Source of the DNA: an uncultured Alphaproteobacteria bacterium
GTDB taxonomy: Bacteria > Pseudomonadota > Alphaproteobacteria > Acetobacterales > Acetobacteraceae
Direction: 5' to 3'
NCBI GenBank assembly: GCA_963719345.1
Contig: CAVRCA010000009.1
Coordinates: forward strand, 46,029-110,028
DNA: 64,000 nucleotides
Numbering within the stretch: position 1 is the stretch's first letter; the number at the start of each line of letters is the position of its first letter. Below, piece by piece: positions 48,962-59,160 of this stretch. A program made the translations under genes and the position numbers. Below the pieces are notes generated by a model. It made no database searches and was not told where the DNA came from. It saw nothing but the letters and a program-made list of their open reading frames with translations.

Positions 48962-49473
48962 CGCTCGGTCGCCGGTTCGGCGGACGCCCACTTCCAGACC
49001 TCGCCGTCGCGGCAGACGGTGGCGAGGTAGAACGCCCGTTGCGGTTTGTCGCGCGCGTTCGTATCGACCGAAAACACGATTTCCTTGCAGGTGAAGTCCT
49101 GCCCACCCAGCAAGCGGACGACGACGAGGTCGCCGTGCTCGTTGTTTTCGATCGGGATATCGTGGACGACGCGCCAGTGGCCGACGGCGCCTTCGGCGAG
49201 CGGGCCGGCGGCTTCGGCGATGCGATCCTGCTCGGCTCGGTGGACGACGCGCTGAGCATAGTCGAGTCCGGCCCGCGCGCCGGCGGCGACCCCCAGGCCG
49301 ATGCCGGTGGTGATTGCGGCATTGTTGGTAACGGCCCGTGAAATACCGCCGCCGGCAACGCCGGCAAGGTCGGCCGTCGAGGCGCTCAACAGCGCGTTAC
49401 AGCCTCCGGTCGCGAAGACGCCCATAAGGGCGAGACTTGCTCGTCCGAGCGCCGTCCGCGTCAACGCTCGCAT
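48943..49473 (-). CDS. Lipoprotein, paralog A
   Basis: MRALTRTALGRASLALMGVFATGGC lipobox and a Gly-rich segment. C-terminal part: WRVVHDIPIENNEHGDLVVV...CKEIVFSVD...CRDGEVWKWASAEPATERWGSLQ. Its stop lies 19 nt inside paralog B. Confidence 0.65.
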   Translation of the reverse strand: MRALTRTALGRASLALMGVFATGGCNALLSASTADLAGVAGGGISRAVTNNAAITTGIGLGVAAGARAGLDYAQRVVHRAEQDRIAEAAGPLAEGAVGHWRVVHDIPIENNEHGDLVVVRLLGGQDFTCKEIVFSVDTNARDKPQRAFYLATVCRDGEVWKWASAEPATERWGSLQ

Positions 49474-49713
49474 GCCATTCCAAACCGCTTCCCTGTATGC
49501 CCAAGGCTCGGCGCCTAGCAGCGAGTTGGATTCGCCGACAAGGGAGGCGGCACGGGAAGAGCATCGATGCCCCAAGCAGGGCCGAAAGGACCTGCTTCTC
49601 TGCTCCTGAACCATCATGCTGGTCATGGCGGGACGGCATCAAGACGCCGAGCGGACGGCCGGGCAGGTGGCTGGCGGCCGGATCCACGCTCGGCTCGGAC
49701 CGCCGCTCGGCCG

Positions 49714-50628
49714 TCAGGCGGTCTGCGTAGACGCCTCCAAATCAGCCGATGACGACCTTCCCTCCACCCTGCTTGCTGTCCCGAAGGGCCCCCGCGCCAA
49801 GGTGCAAAGCCCCGCTTTCATGAGGGCATGCCAGAACGGTGCATACTCGACGATGCACCGGTAGCCGATGCGTCGGGGCTCGCGCGCAAGGCGATAGAGC
49901 CAGCGCAAATTGAGCTTGTCGACGAGGGCGGGGTAGAAGTTGAAGCGCTCTCCGAGGTGGTCGAAATAGCCGCCACAAGTGAAGCCGATCCCGGACCAGC
50001 CGGAACTCGACAACGCCACCAGAAAGGCTTCCTGCCGAGGAGCGCCCATTCCGCAAATCACGATCTCGGGATCGACGGTCATCACCTCTCGTTTCAGTGC
50101 GTGTTCCGGGGCGTATCCATCGAAGGCGCCGACGACTCGAATGCCGGGATAGACATCCTCGATTTGTCGAGCCGCGGTCTCGGCTATGCCTGGGCGTCCG
50201 CCGACCAGCGCAATTCGCATCCGACGATCGCGGGCGAAAGCGAAGACCCACGGGGCGAGTGAAGTGCTATCGAAACTGATCCGCTGAACTCGAGCGCCTC
50301 GGCACCAGCCGGCCGCTACCGCGAGAGCGATACCGTCGCAGAAAACTGCGTCCATCCGGTTCAGAGCCTCACGATATCGGCGGTCCGCCTTGAGCAGGCC
50401 GACGCTCTGCGGGTTCGCAAAGGTCGTTAAAAAGGCTCGCGAGCGACGCGTCGTGAGCGCCCTTTCAAGGAGCAGAGTGGCGCTGGCGAGTGAGTTGGCC
50501 CTGGACAAAGCAAGTCCCAGAACATCAGGCCCCAGCATACCCGGTAACTCATCGGACCCGCGGAGGTTTGAAGGTCGCTCGAAGCCTCGGCTGCCTGAAG
50601 CCGCTTCCGCGATGTTCGAGCGGTTCAT
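49714..50628 (-). CDS. WecB/TagA/CpsF family (GT26) glycosyltransferase
   Basis: Pattern: FANPQSV...AVFCDGIALAV...IALVGGRPG...VICGMGAPRQE...GFTCGGYFD...RWLYRLAREPRR. Confidence 0.8.
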   Translation of the reverse strand: MNRSNIAEAASGSRGFERPSNLRGSDELPGMLGPDVLGLALSRANSLASATLLLERALTTRRSRAFLTTFANPQSVGLLKADRRYREALNRMDAVFCDGIALAVAAGWCRGARVQRISFDSTSLAPWVFAFARDRRMRIALVGGRPGIAETAARQIEDVYPGIRVVGAFDGYAPEHALKREVMTVDPEIVICGMGAPRQEAFLVALSSSGWSGIGFTCGGYFDHLGERFNFYPALVDKLNLRWLYRLAREPRRIGYRCIVEYAPFWHALMKAGLCTLARGPFGTASRVEGRSSSADLEASTQTA

Positions 50629-50935
50629 CTGGAGGATTGCAATGACACGCGGCCCCTGTAGAGGATCTTTAACGATCTATATACCTAATTTTAACCTGTA
50701 GATCAAGAAAACGAGACGACAAAACGGAAATGGATACGTCTGCTTCCGTTGCGTTCTGGAGAGCGACCCGGGACGGCCGGCTGGCCATTTGGCCGATGTC
50801 GCGAGTTCGCAGGGGACGGAACGACTGTCGACCCCGAGTGCGGCACCGGTGTCGCAACGAGGAGCGGGCTTGTCTGGCGGCCGAGGCGGCCTAGCCTGGA
50901 AGGCGGCCAGGCAAATTCGGGGGGACGCTGTCGCG

Positions 50936-52486
50936 GTGTCGAAACTGACGGATTATACAAGCTACCGGGACGCGCAGCGCCTATTCGCGCCGGCGCGGCT
51001 ATGGGAGCTGTTCGACGGCGACAAGGCGAGGCTGAACGTCGCCCATGAGTGCATCGACCGGCATGCAACGGATCCGACGCGGGTCGCGATCTGGGTGGCA
51101 TTTGCCGATGGCCACGACGAACCGATTACGTTTCGCGCAATCTCCGACCTCTCCTCGCAGTTCGCCCAATGGCTTGCCGCGCGCAGTATCGGCAAAGGCG
51201 ATCGGGTGGCGATCATGCTCGAGCCGTCATTGGTTTTCTACGCGGCGCTGTTCGGTGCAATGAAGGTGGGTGCCGTCGCCGTGCCGTTGTTCACGCTGTT
51301 CGGCCCGGATGGCGTTCGGCTGAGACTCGACGACTGCGATGCATGTCTGCTGCTGACCAATGCAGAAAAGGCCGAGGAACTCGGGATGCTGGGGCTCCCC
51401 GTCGTGGTCTGCGGCACGGGGCTGATGCACGAGCTTGCCGCGTTTCCGGCCCGCTTCGAGCCGCAGACAAGCGCCGATGATATGGCGATTTTCCAGTACA
51501 CGTCGGGCACAACCCGCCAGCTGCCGCAGGCCGTGCGGCATACCCATCGTGCTCTCGTCGTGCTCATGGTCGCGGCCCTATACGGCACCGGCATCCGGCC
51601 CGGCGACCGGTTCTTTTGCCCGTCATCCCCCGCCTGGGGCCATGGTTTATGGCACGGCACGCTGGCACCTCTTGCGCTGGGCGTGCAGACGGGGACCTAC
51701 TCCGGCCGGTTCGACGCCGAGCGGCTGCTGCGCGCGCTCCAGGCCTCCAGGACGACGAACCTGTCGGCGGCGGCGACGCACTACCGGCTCTTGAAGAACA
51801 GCGGGGTGGCACATCGCTACAACATCGGCTTGGAAAAGATGTCTTTCACCGGCGAGCCGATCGACGCCGACACCCTCGCCTTTGTGGAAAACCAATTCGG
51901 CACCGCGTTGTGCAGCATGTATGGCACCACCGAGGTCGGCGTGCTGCTGGTGAACTATCCCGGCGCGGCCGACTTCCGCGTCAAGCCAGGCTCGCTCGGG
52001 AAGCCGGTGCCGGGAGTGCGCGTCGAGGTGCAGGCGGCAGACGGCACGCGCTGCGGGCCGGACCAAGTCGGCGAGATCAAGGTCTGGCGGCACGGCGCTT
52101 GGTTTCCGACCAAGGACCGCGGTCGCATCGACGCGGACGGCCATTTCTACCACGGTGGGCGCGCCGACGACGTCATCATCTCGGCCGGCTGGACGATCGG
52201 CGCGGTCGAGGTGGAGGACGCGCTGCTTAGGCATCCCGCAGTGCAGGAGGCCGCGGTGATCGGCGTTCCGGACGCCACGCGCGGACAGGTGGTGAAAGCC
52301 TTCATTGTCACCGATTGCGCGCCGGAGGTGACGCTGGCCGCGGAGATCCAGGAGTTCGTCCGCACCCGGCTCAGCCATCACGAGTACCCCCGCGTCGTCG
52401 CCTTTGTGACGGAGCTGCCCAAGACGCCGGCGGGGAAAGTGAACCGCAAGATTCTGCGCGACCGCGAAGGGTCGCCTGCTGCCTGA
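50936..52486 (+). CDS. AMP-dependent synthetase/ligase (acyl-CoA synthetase family)
   Basis: AMP-binding motif FQYTSGTTRQLPQ, YGTTEVG, DRGRIDADGHFYHGGRADDVI, and a C-terminal PKTPAGKVNRK. The tracked ORF starts at 50789; GTG 50936 (VSKLTDYTSYRDA) is the more likely start. Confidence 0.85.
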   Translation: MSKLTDYTSYRDAQRLFAPARLWELFDGDKARLNVAHECIDRHATDPTRVAIWVAFADGHDEPITFRAISDLSSQFAQWLAARSIGKGDRVAIMLEPSLVFYAALFGAMKVGAVAVPLFTLFGPDGVRLRLDDCDACLLLTNAEKAEELGMLGLPVVVCGTGLMHELAAFPARFEPQTSADDMAIFQYTSGTTRQLPQAVRHTHRALVVLMVAALYGTGIRPGDRFFCPSSPAWGHGLWHGTLAPLALGVQTGTYSGRFDAERLLRALQASRTTNLSAAATHYRLLKNSGVAHRYNIGLEKMSFTGEPIDADTLAFVENQFGTALCSMYGTTEVGVLLVNYPGAADFRVKPGSLGKPVPGVRVEVQAADGTRCGPDQVGEIKVWRHGAWFPTKDRGRIDADGHFYHGGRADDVIISAGWTIGAVEVEDALLRHPAVQEAAVIGVPDATRGQVVKAFIVTDCAPEVTLAAEIQEFVRTRLSHHEYPRVVAFVTELPKTPAGKVNRKILRDREGSPAA

Positions 52487-52501
52487 CACGGAGCTATCCC
52501 A

Positions 52502-53644
52502 ATGCCATCCGACGCCACGCGCCACTTCCCGAAGATCACCGACGAGGCGCTGGACAGCCTGCGAAAGCGCATCGGCGTTCCGATCGAGAACACGGCCGAG
52601 CCCTGGTGTTACGAGGCGACGCGGGACAACATCCGTCACTACGCGCACGGGATCGGTGACGACAACCCGCTCTGGTGCGACCCCGCCTACGCGGCCAAGA
52701 CGCGTTACGGCGGGATCATTGCCCTGCCGAGCTTCCTGTTCGCGACCAGCCGGATCGTCTCGGGGTATGTTGGCGGCCTTCCGGGGGTGCACGCGATGTG
52801 GGCGGGAGCTGAGTGGACTTGGCACAGACCGGTGCTGCGCAACGATACGATCACGACGGAAGCGTCGCTCAAGGAGCTGATCGAGCACCAGACGCGCTTT
52901 GCCGGACGAGCAATCCAGCAGATCTACCGGGTCAAGTTCTTCAATCAGCGCGGCGACGAGGTGGCGGAGGCGGAGAGCTGGTGTTTCCGGACCGACCGCG
53001 ACGAGGCGCGCGAAAAGGGGACGAAATACGCCGAGGTCCGGGCCAAGCCGCAGACGGCATATACCGACGACCAGCTCGCTGACATCTACAAGCACTATGA
53101 AGACGAGAATGTGCGCGGCGCGACGCCGCGGTACTGGGAGGATGTCGCGGTCGGCGAGGCGCTGCCGACGATGGTGAAAGGGCCGATGACCGTAACGGGC
53201 TTCATTGCCTATGCCCAGGGCTGGGGTGGTCTCTATATCCGCGCGAACAAGCTGGCGTGGAAACTGGTCCACGCCCATCCGGGCCTCGGCATAAAAAACC
53301 GCTTCGGCATCCTTGATTGCCCCGAGCGGGTGCATTGGGAAGAGGAGTTCGCGCTCATGGTCGGTGCCCCCGGGGCCTATGATTACGGGCCCGAGCGCTG
53401 CTCGTGGCTGACCCATCACCTGACGAACTGGATGGGCGATGACGGCTTTCTGCGCCAGGCGACGTCACGGATCCGCCGCCACAACCCGGCCGGTGACACG
53501 TTGTTCATCAGGGGGCACGTGACTCGCAAGTTCGCGGCGGATGGACGGTATCTGGTCCAGATCGCGCAGGAGGCCCGCAACCAGGACGGTGAACTGTCGG
53601 CGACGGGCAGCGGCGTGGTCGAACTACCGTCGCGCGCACCCTAA
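52502..53644 (+). CDS. Double hot-dog fold (MaoC-like/FAS1-type) acyl dehydratase
   Basis: 380 aa. The N-half has IRHYAHGIGDDNPLWCDPAYA. The C-half has GAPGAYDYGPERCSWLTHHLTNWMGDDGFL and a hot-dog end LFIRGHVTRK...IAQEARNQDGEL. Confidence 0.7.
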   Translation: MPSDATRHFPKITDEALDSLRKRIGVPIENTAEPWCYEATRDNIRHYAHGIGDDNPLWCDPAYAAKTRYGGIIALPSFLFATSRIVSGYVGGLPGVHAMWAGAEWTWHRPVLRNDTITTEASLKELIEHQTRFAGRAIQQIYRVKFFNQRGDEVAEAESWCFRTDRDEAREKGTKYAEVRAKPQTAYTDDQLADIYKHYEDENVRGATPRYWEDVAVGEALPTMVKGPMTVTGFIAYAQGWGGLYIRANKLAWKLVHAHPGLGIKNRFGILDCPERVHWEEEFALMVGAPGAYDYGPERCSWLTHHLTNWMGDDGFLRQATSRIRRHNPAGDTLFIRGHVTRKFAADGRYLVQIAQEARNQDGELSATGSGVVELPSRAP

Positions 53645-53749
53645 GACGGCTGATGTCTCGCGTGGCCGCCGGGCCGCTCTCAAGTCCCGAAAGGTTCAGG
53701 CGCGGCTGAGCAGGTGGAGCGAGTTCGGCGGCCTCGACTGCCGTTCGCC

Positions 53750-53924
53750 AATACCGCATTCAGGCGTTTGAGGCGCCGCTCAAGAAGACCCCCTCGGCGT
53801 TCCTTGGATCGAACCGGAGGACGTGGCGCCTGCCGTCGTGTTCTTCGCCTCGGATCGGGGCGAGGATGGTGGCGGTGTCACCCACGATGTCACCGGCGGC
53901 GACGGCGCGTATCACTCGGCCTAA
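53750..53924 (+). pseudogene. Orphan 3' fragment of an SDR gene
   Basis: IEPEDVAPAVVFFASDRGEDGGGVTHDVTGGDGAYHSA-stop resembles an SDR C-terminus. The upstream stretch QAFEAPLKKTP is in another frame. No N-terminal Rossmann part is present. Confidence 0.5.
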
Positions 53925-54697
53925 CGCGAGCCACGTCTTGCGATGTGCGGCTGGACAGAGGCAGCCGTCTCGGGCGTGCGCTTGGTCGTCCTGTTGAACC
54001 CTTCTCCGTTGAAGACTTTCCTGAGCCTCCGGATATGGCGAAGAACAGGCGAGGCGCCGTCCTCCCAGGAGCGTTCCCAGAAGTGGACGGCCAGTGTGCA
54101 ATCCTGAATGCAGCTCTCCTCGAACGCCTCGTCCCAGGAGAAAGGAAAAAAGACCGGAGTTGGAAGGATACAGATGTCCTTGACGTAGCAGCCCCCAGAT
54201 ACATGCCCCTGTAGTCCGTGTTCACGCAACAGCCGCGTTATGAGTTTGGGGCCGTAGCGAGTCGGCCGATCCAGACCGCAAGGAACGGTCCGCATGCCCA
54301 ACAGTCTCTGCAGGGCCAGCGCGACGAACCAGTGTCCGGGGCCGGCACCGAACACACTGTTGGCGACGAGGTCGGAGACCTGCCTCTCGTTTTGGAAGGC
54401 GAAAAAGCAACGGTGTTTGAGAACGGGGTCAAGCGGGCGACGGACTTCTATGTCTGTGTCGAGATAAACGCCGCCATGTCTGTGGACCGCCATCAGTCGG
54501 ACGATATCAGCCACCTTCGCCCATTTACGATGCCGGTAAGCCTCACTGACGAGTGGTGCCGAAAAGTCGATGTTGGTCTCGTTCCAACATACGAGTTCCC
54601 AGTCGGGATTGTGAGCCTTCCAGGTTGCAATGCACGCCCGTTGCTTCTCGGGCATCGCACTGCCGACCCAGACATGGTGAAGCGTCTTTGGCAGCAT
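53921..54697 (-). CDS. GT32-type glycosyltransferase (sugar-binding region with DXD motif)
   Basis: MLPKTLHHVWVGSAMPEKQRACIATWKAHNPDWELVCWNE...KWAKVADIVRLMAVHRHGGVYLDTDIEV. The tracked ORF extends to 54862; the ATG at 54697 directly precedes the conserved block, and ATG 54736 is also possible. Confidence 0.75.
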   Translation of the reverse strand: MLPKTLHHVWVGSAMPEKQRACIATWKAHNPDWELVCWNETNIDFSAPLVSEAYRHRKWAKVADIVRLMAVHRHGGVYLDTDIEVRRPLDPVLKHRCFFAFQNERQVSDLVANSVFGAGPGHWFVALALQRLLGMRTVPCGLDRPTRYGPKLITRLLREHGLQGHVSGGCYVKDICILPTPVFFPFSWDEAFEESCIQDCTLAVHFWERSWEDGASPVLRHIRRLRKVFNGEGFNRTTKRTPETAASVQPHIARRGSR

Positions 54698-54831
54698 CTG
54701 GCGCTCTCTTTCCCCCAAAGGCTGATCGAACGGCATGGGGTCTAACTCGTATTTTTGGATAGTGGCTAAAAATGCTTGTGAGAGCCAGAGAATTCCAATA
54801 TATGGACGCTTGAACATTGGAGAGGCGAACG

Positions 54832-56082
54832 GTGGACGTCGTTGTAATCGGTGCGGGCCCATACGGTCTCTCCGTGGCCGCTCATCTCCGCGGGCTCCAG
54901 ATCCCCTTCCGGGTTTTCGGCAAGCCGATGTCGCTGTGGCAGGACCACATGCCCAAGGGCATGCTTCTCAAGTCCGACGCCTTCTCCAGCAACCTGTCCG
55001 CGCCGGACAATTCCTTTCCGCTGGAGCGGTTTTACCGTGAGACCGGCCGGACGAATTACTCGCATCTCGGTCTGCGGGTTCCCGCCGAAACGCTGATCGA
55101 GTATGGCCACGAGTTTCAGCGCCGCTATGTGGGCGAGGTGGGAAGGGAACACGTCGTCGGGGTGGCGAGAACCGGCGGACGGCTTGAAGTTACCCTTGAC
55201 ACCGGCGAACAGGTCTCCGCGCGAAAAGTGATCGTCGCGGCGGGTCCATTGTCCCTGCGTCATGTTCCCGACAGTTTTTCGATGTTGCCGCCCGCAATGC
55301 TGTCCCACAGTTCGGCCCACCACGATCTGGCCAAGTTCCGCGGGCGGCGCGTGATCGTCGTCGGCGGGGGACAAACCGCTTGCGAAACATCAGCCTTGCT
55401 GAACGAGCAGGGCGCTGCGGTCACCATACTGACCCGACGCCCGATGTTTTGGTTCAAACCCGAAAACGAGGATAACCCGCGCGCGCACCGCAGCGCATGG
55501 CGGCGGCTTCGGCGTCCGAACTTCAGCTTGGGACCAGGTTGGCGTACATGGTTCTGGTCCGAGGCGCCCTATCAGTTCAGTTATCTTCCGAGCGGCATGC
55601 GCCACGCCAACGCCTACACCACGTTCGGTCCCGCGGGTTCGGGCTGGTTGAAGCATCGGGTCGACGGTGTAGTGCCGATCTACACCGGCGGTCTACGCAA
55701 CGTTCAGGCACGCGGCGACGAGGTGCGCCTGTCGGTGGAGACGAGCGACGGACCGATCGAGCTTGCTGCCGACCATGTGATTGCGGCGACCGGCTACAAA
55801 GCCGATTTCCGGCGCCTGTCGTTCCTCGACCCCGTGCAGAGCGAAATCCGGTCGGTCGGCGGCGTCCCGGTGCTCAACCGGGCTTTCGAGTCGACCGCAC
55901 GGGGGATTCATTTCGTCGGCTATCTGAGCGCACCGACGTTCGGCCCGTCCATGCGGTTCATCCACGGCACCGGGTTCACGGCAAATCGGATTTCTTGGAA
56001 GCTGGCCCACCTCGGCGCCGGCAGACAGCGTGCGGACGGGTTTGCCGTACGACAGCCGACAACGGTCCACGCCTCCTCATAA
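54832..56082 (+). CDS. FAD/NAD(P)-binding oxidoreductase (flavin monooxygenase-like, two dinucleotide motifs)
   Basis: VVVIGAGPYGLSVAAHL and VIVVGGGQTACETSALL, with ATGY near the C-terminus. A ggagag Shine-Dalgarno precedes GTG 54832; the tracked ORF starts at TTG 54817. Confidence 0.75.
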   Translation: MDVVVIGAGPYGLSVAAHLRGLQIPFRVFGKPMSLWQDHMPKGMLLKSDAFSSNLSAPDNSFPLERFYRETGRTNYSHLGLRVPAETLIEYGHEFQRRYVGEVGREHVVGVARTGGRLEVTLDTGEQVSARKVIVAAGPLSLRHVPDSFSMLPPAMLSHSSAHHDLAKFRGRRVIVVGGGQTACETSALLNEQGAAVTILTRRPMFWFKPENEDNPRAHRSAWRRLRRPNFSLGPGWRTWFWSEAPYQFSYLPSGMRHANAYTTFGPAGSGWLKHRVDGVVPIYTGGLRNVQARGDEVRLSVETSDGPIELAADHVIAATGYKADFRRLSFLDPVQSEIRSVGGVPVLNRAFESTARGIHFVGYLSAPTFGPSMRFIHGTGFTANRISWKLAHLGAGRQRADGFAVRQPTTVHASS

Positions 56083-56102
56083 CTTCTATCAGGCGTTACC
56101 AC

Positions 56103-57306
56103 GTGCAAGTCATTAAAAGAGATCTGCAAGCAGGCGCCTTGGCAACTCCGGCGCCGCTTGACCGAACCCCCGTTGCCGCGGCGCCAAAGTCCCGGCGGCT
56201 GAAAGTGGTTCTGCTTTGCCACTATGGTCGGACCGGATACAACATCCTGAGGGCACTCAACAGTATCCGAGCAAGGACGTTCCTCATCCATGATGACCGC
56301 TCTGCATCCTTGCGTTTCTCACGTTCCTGCAAGGTCGTGCACGCAACGAGTCATATCGGCTGCGCCGATCCTGCGACGGTCATAGCGATCATCAACGATT
56401 TGCATAAGTCGTACGGCATCGATAGCGTTATGGCCAGCGATGTCGAGAGTCTCACATTCTTAGCCCGGATCAGGGACCGTCTGCTTCCGCCGGTTTTTCC
56501 CACCGCCGATCCCGAGACCTTGGTGAAGCTCGATAACAAGTGGGAATTCTACAAGCTTTGCCAAGCAATTGGCGTCCCAGTGCCGAAAACCTTGTTTTTT
56601 CCCAAGAGAGCCTCGATCGATCCGGACATCGTCGATCGGGAGCTTGGTTTCCCGGTTGTTGTGAAGCCTGCCGCGCTTTATGGACAGCGGGGCATCAAAA
56701 TCATTGCCGACAAGGCGGCCCTCCAAGCTGACTTGTCGAGTGATAACCTGTATGACCATAAAGGCTTGGTCATCCAGGAGTACGTTGAAGGACAGGACTG
56801 GGCTCTCAGCGTCTTCGCCCGCCACGGAGTGGTGGAACACTGGACGGCTTGGCTTTGTCCTGGGCAACTGGACAGGAATTACGGGGGCGGTCGGTTCATG
56901 GCAACCGAATTTCACGGCCGCGAAGACTTACTGCAGATGGGCCGCAACATCGTAGCGGCAACAGGTTTTTCCGGCGTAGCCAATTTTGATGCACGCCTGG
57001 ACTTCTCAATCCGATACGATGAAGTTGTTTGAGTGCAATCCGCGGTTCTTTAACCGCATGCTGGCTGCCCGGCTTTGTGGACTGGACTTCGTAAGAGCCG
57101 GTCTTCCTTACAACGGAACTCAGCGATCGAGTCTGGCGGAGGGTCAATACTATTCTTGGCACGAGCTGTTCTCCAGCCGGGGGGTGCGGCGTTTTCTCGC
57201 CGGGAAATGGCGATTGGCACCTGTAGCTCAGGACGTATTCGAAATGTTTTGCGATCCGCTGCCTCCACTGATGCGCAAGGCTCGGCGCGAGGACTCGCAC
57301 CAATGA
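56103..57306 (+). pseudogene. ATP-grasp domain protein, one frameshift
   Basis: DNKWEFYKLCQAIGVPVPKT...FPVVVKPAALYGQRGI...LVIQEYVEGQDW...GVANFDARLD is in one frame. TMKLFECNPRFFNRM...(to 57306) is in the frame of ORF 56986. The join is at about 57010. The start is uncertain (GTG 56103, or an internal GTG near 56204). Confidence 0.7.
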
Positions 57307-57591
57307 TCGTTATATCGCAACCGCCAGCGTCTCCTTTGAACCGTGCCGGGTTTGCCGGAGGCTGGCTTTCCTGAGTCACGCCGCCATCGGGAGTGTCTCA
57401 AGTTCGGCATAGTATCGCGCTTCGGCTTCAGCCGGAGGCATGTTTCCGATCGGTTCGAGGAGGCGGCGGTTGTTGAACCACTCGACCCATTCGAGGGTGG
57501 CGAACTCGACGGCTTCGAGCGAGCGCCAGGGTCCGCGTCTGCGGATCACCTCGGTCTTGTAGAGTCCGTTGGTGCTCTCCGCCAAAGCGTT

Positions 57592-58701
57592 GATGCTCCT
57601 ATATCGGTCAAGGGGCATTTGTTGCGGCAGAGGCAGTTTTTGGCGGGTTGCGGAGATAGCCGAAGATTTCTCTTGCTACGTATCGCTTGAGGCAGCGGAT
57701 GATCTCTGATTTGCTCCTGCCCTCCGCCGTGCGGCGCCGGACGTAGTCCACGGTTCGCTGATGGCCACGCATGCGAACGATGACAACACGGTAGAGAGCT
57801 GCATTGGCCTGTCGATTACCGCCGCGGTTGAGCCGGTGACGGTTGGTTTTGCCGCTGGACGCCGGGATCGGACAGGCGCCGCACATCTTGGCGAAAGCTG
57901 CTTCCGATTTGATGCGCTCGGGATTGTCGCCAACCAGCAGCAGCATATCAGCGGCGGTGCCGGTGGCGATGCCCGTCATCTTGCCCTGGATAGCATCGAG
58001 CTGCTCACGCAAGGCGGCCGGGGCGCTGACGATGATTGCTTTCAGGGTCTGCATGGCCTGACTGCGACCTTTCACGGCGGTGTCGCGCGCGACCTTGAGG
58101 TGACGGATCATCTCGACCGAGCTGGTGCCGGACTTCGGACAACTGGCGGCCTGACCGCTCAGCACGGCGCGCGCCGCACTTTCGGCATCGACGGTATCGC
58201 TTTTGCCTTTCTGATGGCGGAGTTGGCGATTGGGGCGGTTGACCTCGAGCACGACTTGCCCCTACTCACGGAGGAAGCGCGACAATCCGGCGCCATACGA
58301 GCCTGTGCCTTCAATCCCGATGGTCTGGATCGAGCCGAGCGCGGTCGCCCAGGCCTCGAGTGCCTGGTAACCGGTCCGGTTGGCCGGAAAGGTGGCGGCA
58401 GCCAATCGTGCGCCCAGGCTGTTGATCGCGACGGCGGCGTGGACATCCTTGTGGGTATCGACGCCGATGATGACGTCGGGAACGTGGGTCGTAGTCACGG
58501 TAAACGTCTCCAGGCCGGTTGTGATGGCCTGACGATCCAGCGGGCGAACAGGACTGTGACGGGAAGGCGCCCCTCAAGCTCCTATGAGGCCACGCGTCGC
58601 GGACCGGCAGGTGCTGCCCGGAAAGCCGACAAGTCAACGCAAGGACACGGGGTCACTCGTAGGCTGGGATCAGGCTTTCCAGGCAGCACTGTAAACTCAC
58701 A
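57592..58701 (-). mobile_element. IS110-family element (degenerate), inserted exactly between the Asp and Asn codons of IS3 orfB
   Basis: The flanks agctacgac | ... | aacgctttggcggag rejoin to give GDSYDNALAES. The element is 1110 bp with no terminal inverted repeats, as expected for IS110. Confidence 0.8.
57608..58498 (-). pseudogene. IS110-family (DEDD) transposase with in-frame TAG and probable internal deletion
   Basis: MTTTHVPDVIIGVDTHKDVHAAVA...GIEGTGSYGAGLSRFLRE-TAG-GQVVLEVNRPN...GDNPERIKSEAAFAKMCGACPIPASSGKTNRHRLNRGGNRQAN...RCLKRYVAREI. The stop codon is at 58259-58261. The total of about 293 codons is short for this family. Confidence 0.85.
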
Positions 58702-59160
58702 GTCGTAGCTGTCGCCGACACTGCCGACGGAAGGTTCGATGCCCGCCTCGGCGAGCCGCTCGGTGTAGCGGATCGAGACATACTGGGCGCCGCGGTCACT
58801 GTGATGAATCAGGTCGCCGCTCTCGATGGGCTGGCGCGCGTGCAAGGCTTGTTCCAAGGCGTCGAGCACGAGCCGGCATGGGCGGTGCGCGAGGCGCGCC
58901 AGCCGACGATCCGGCGCGCGTAGGCGTCGATCACGAACGCCACGTAGACGAAACCCGACCAGGTCGCGACGTAGGTAAAGTCCGACACCCACAGTGCATT
59001 CGGGCAAGGCGCGCGGAACTGGCGGTTGACCCGGTCCCGCGGGAACGGCGTCGATGGATTGCCGATCGTGGTCCGAACCGACTTGCCGCGCACAACCCCT
59101 TGCAGTATCAAGCGACATCCGGAGTTGGACAGTTACGACAGCGAGAACTGGACAGTGACA

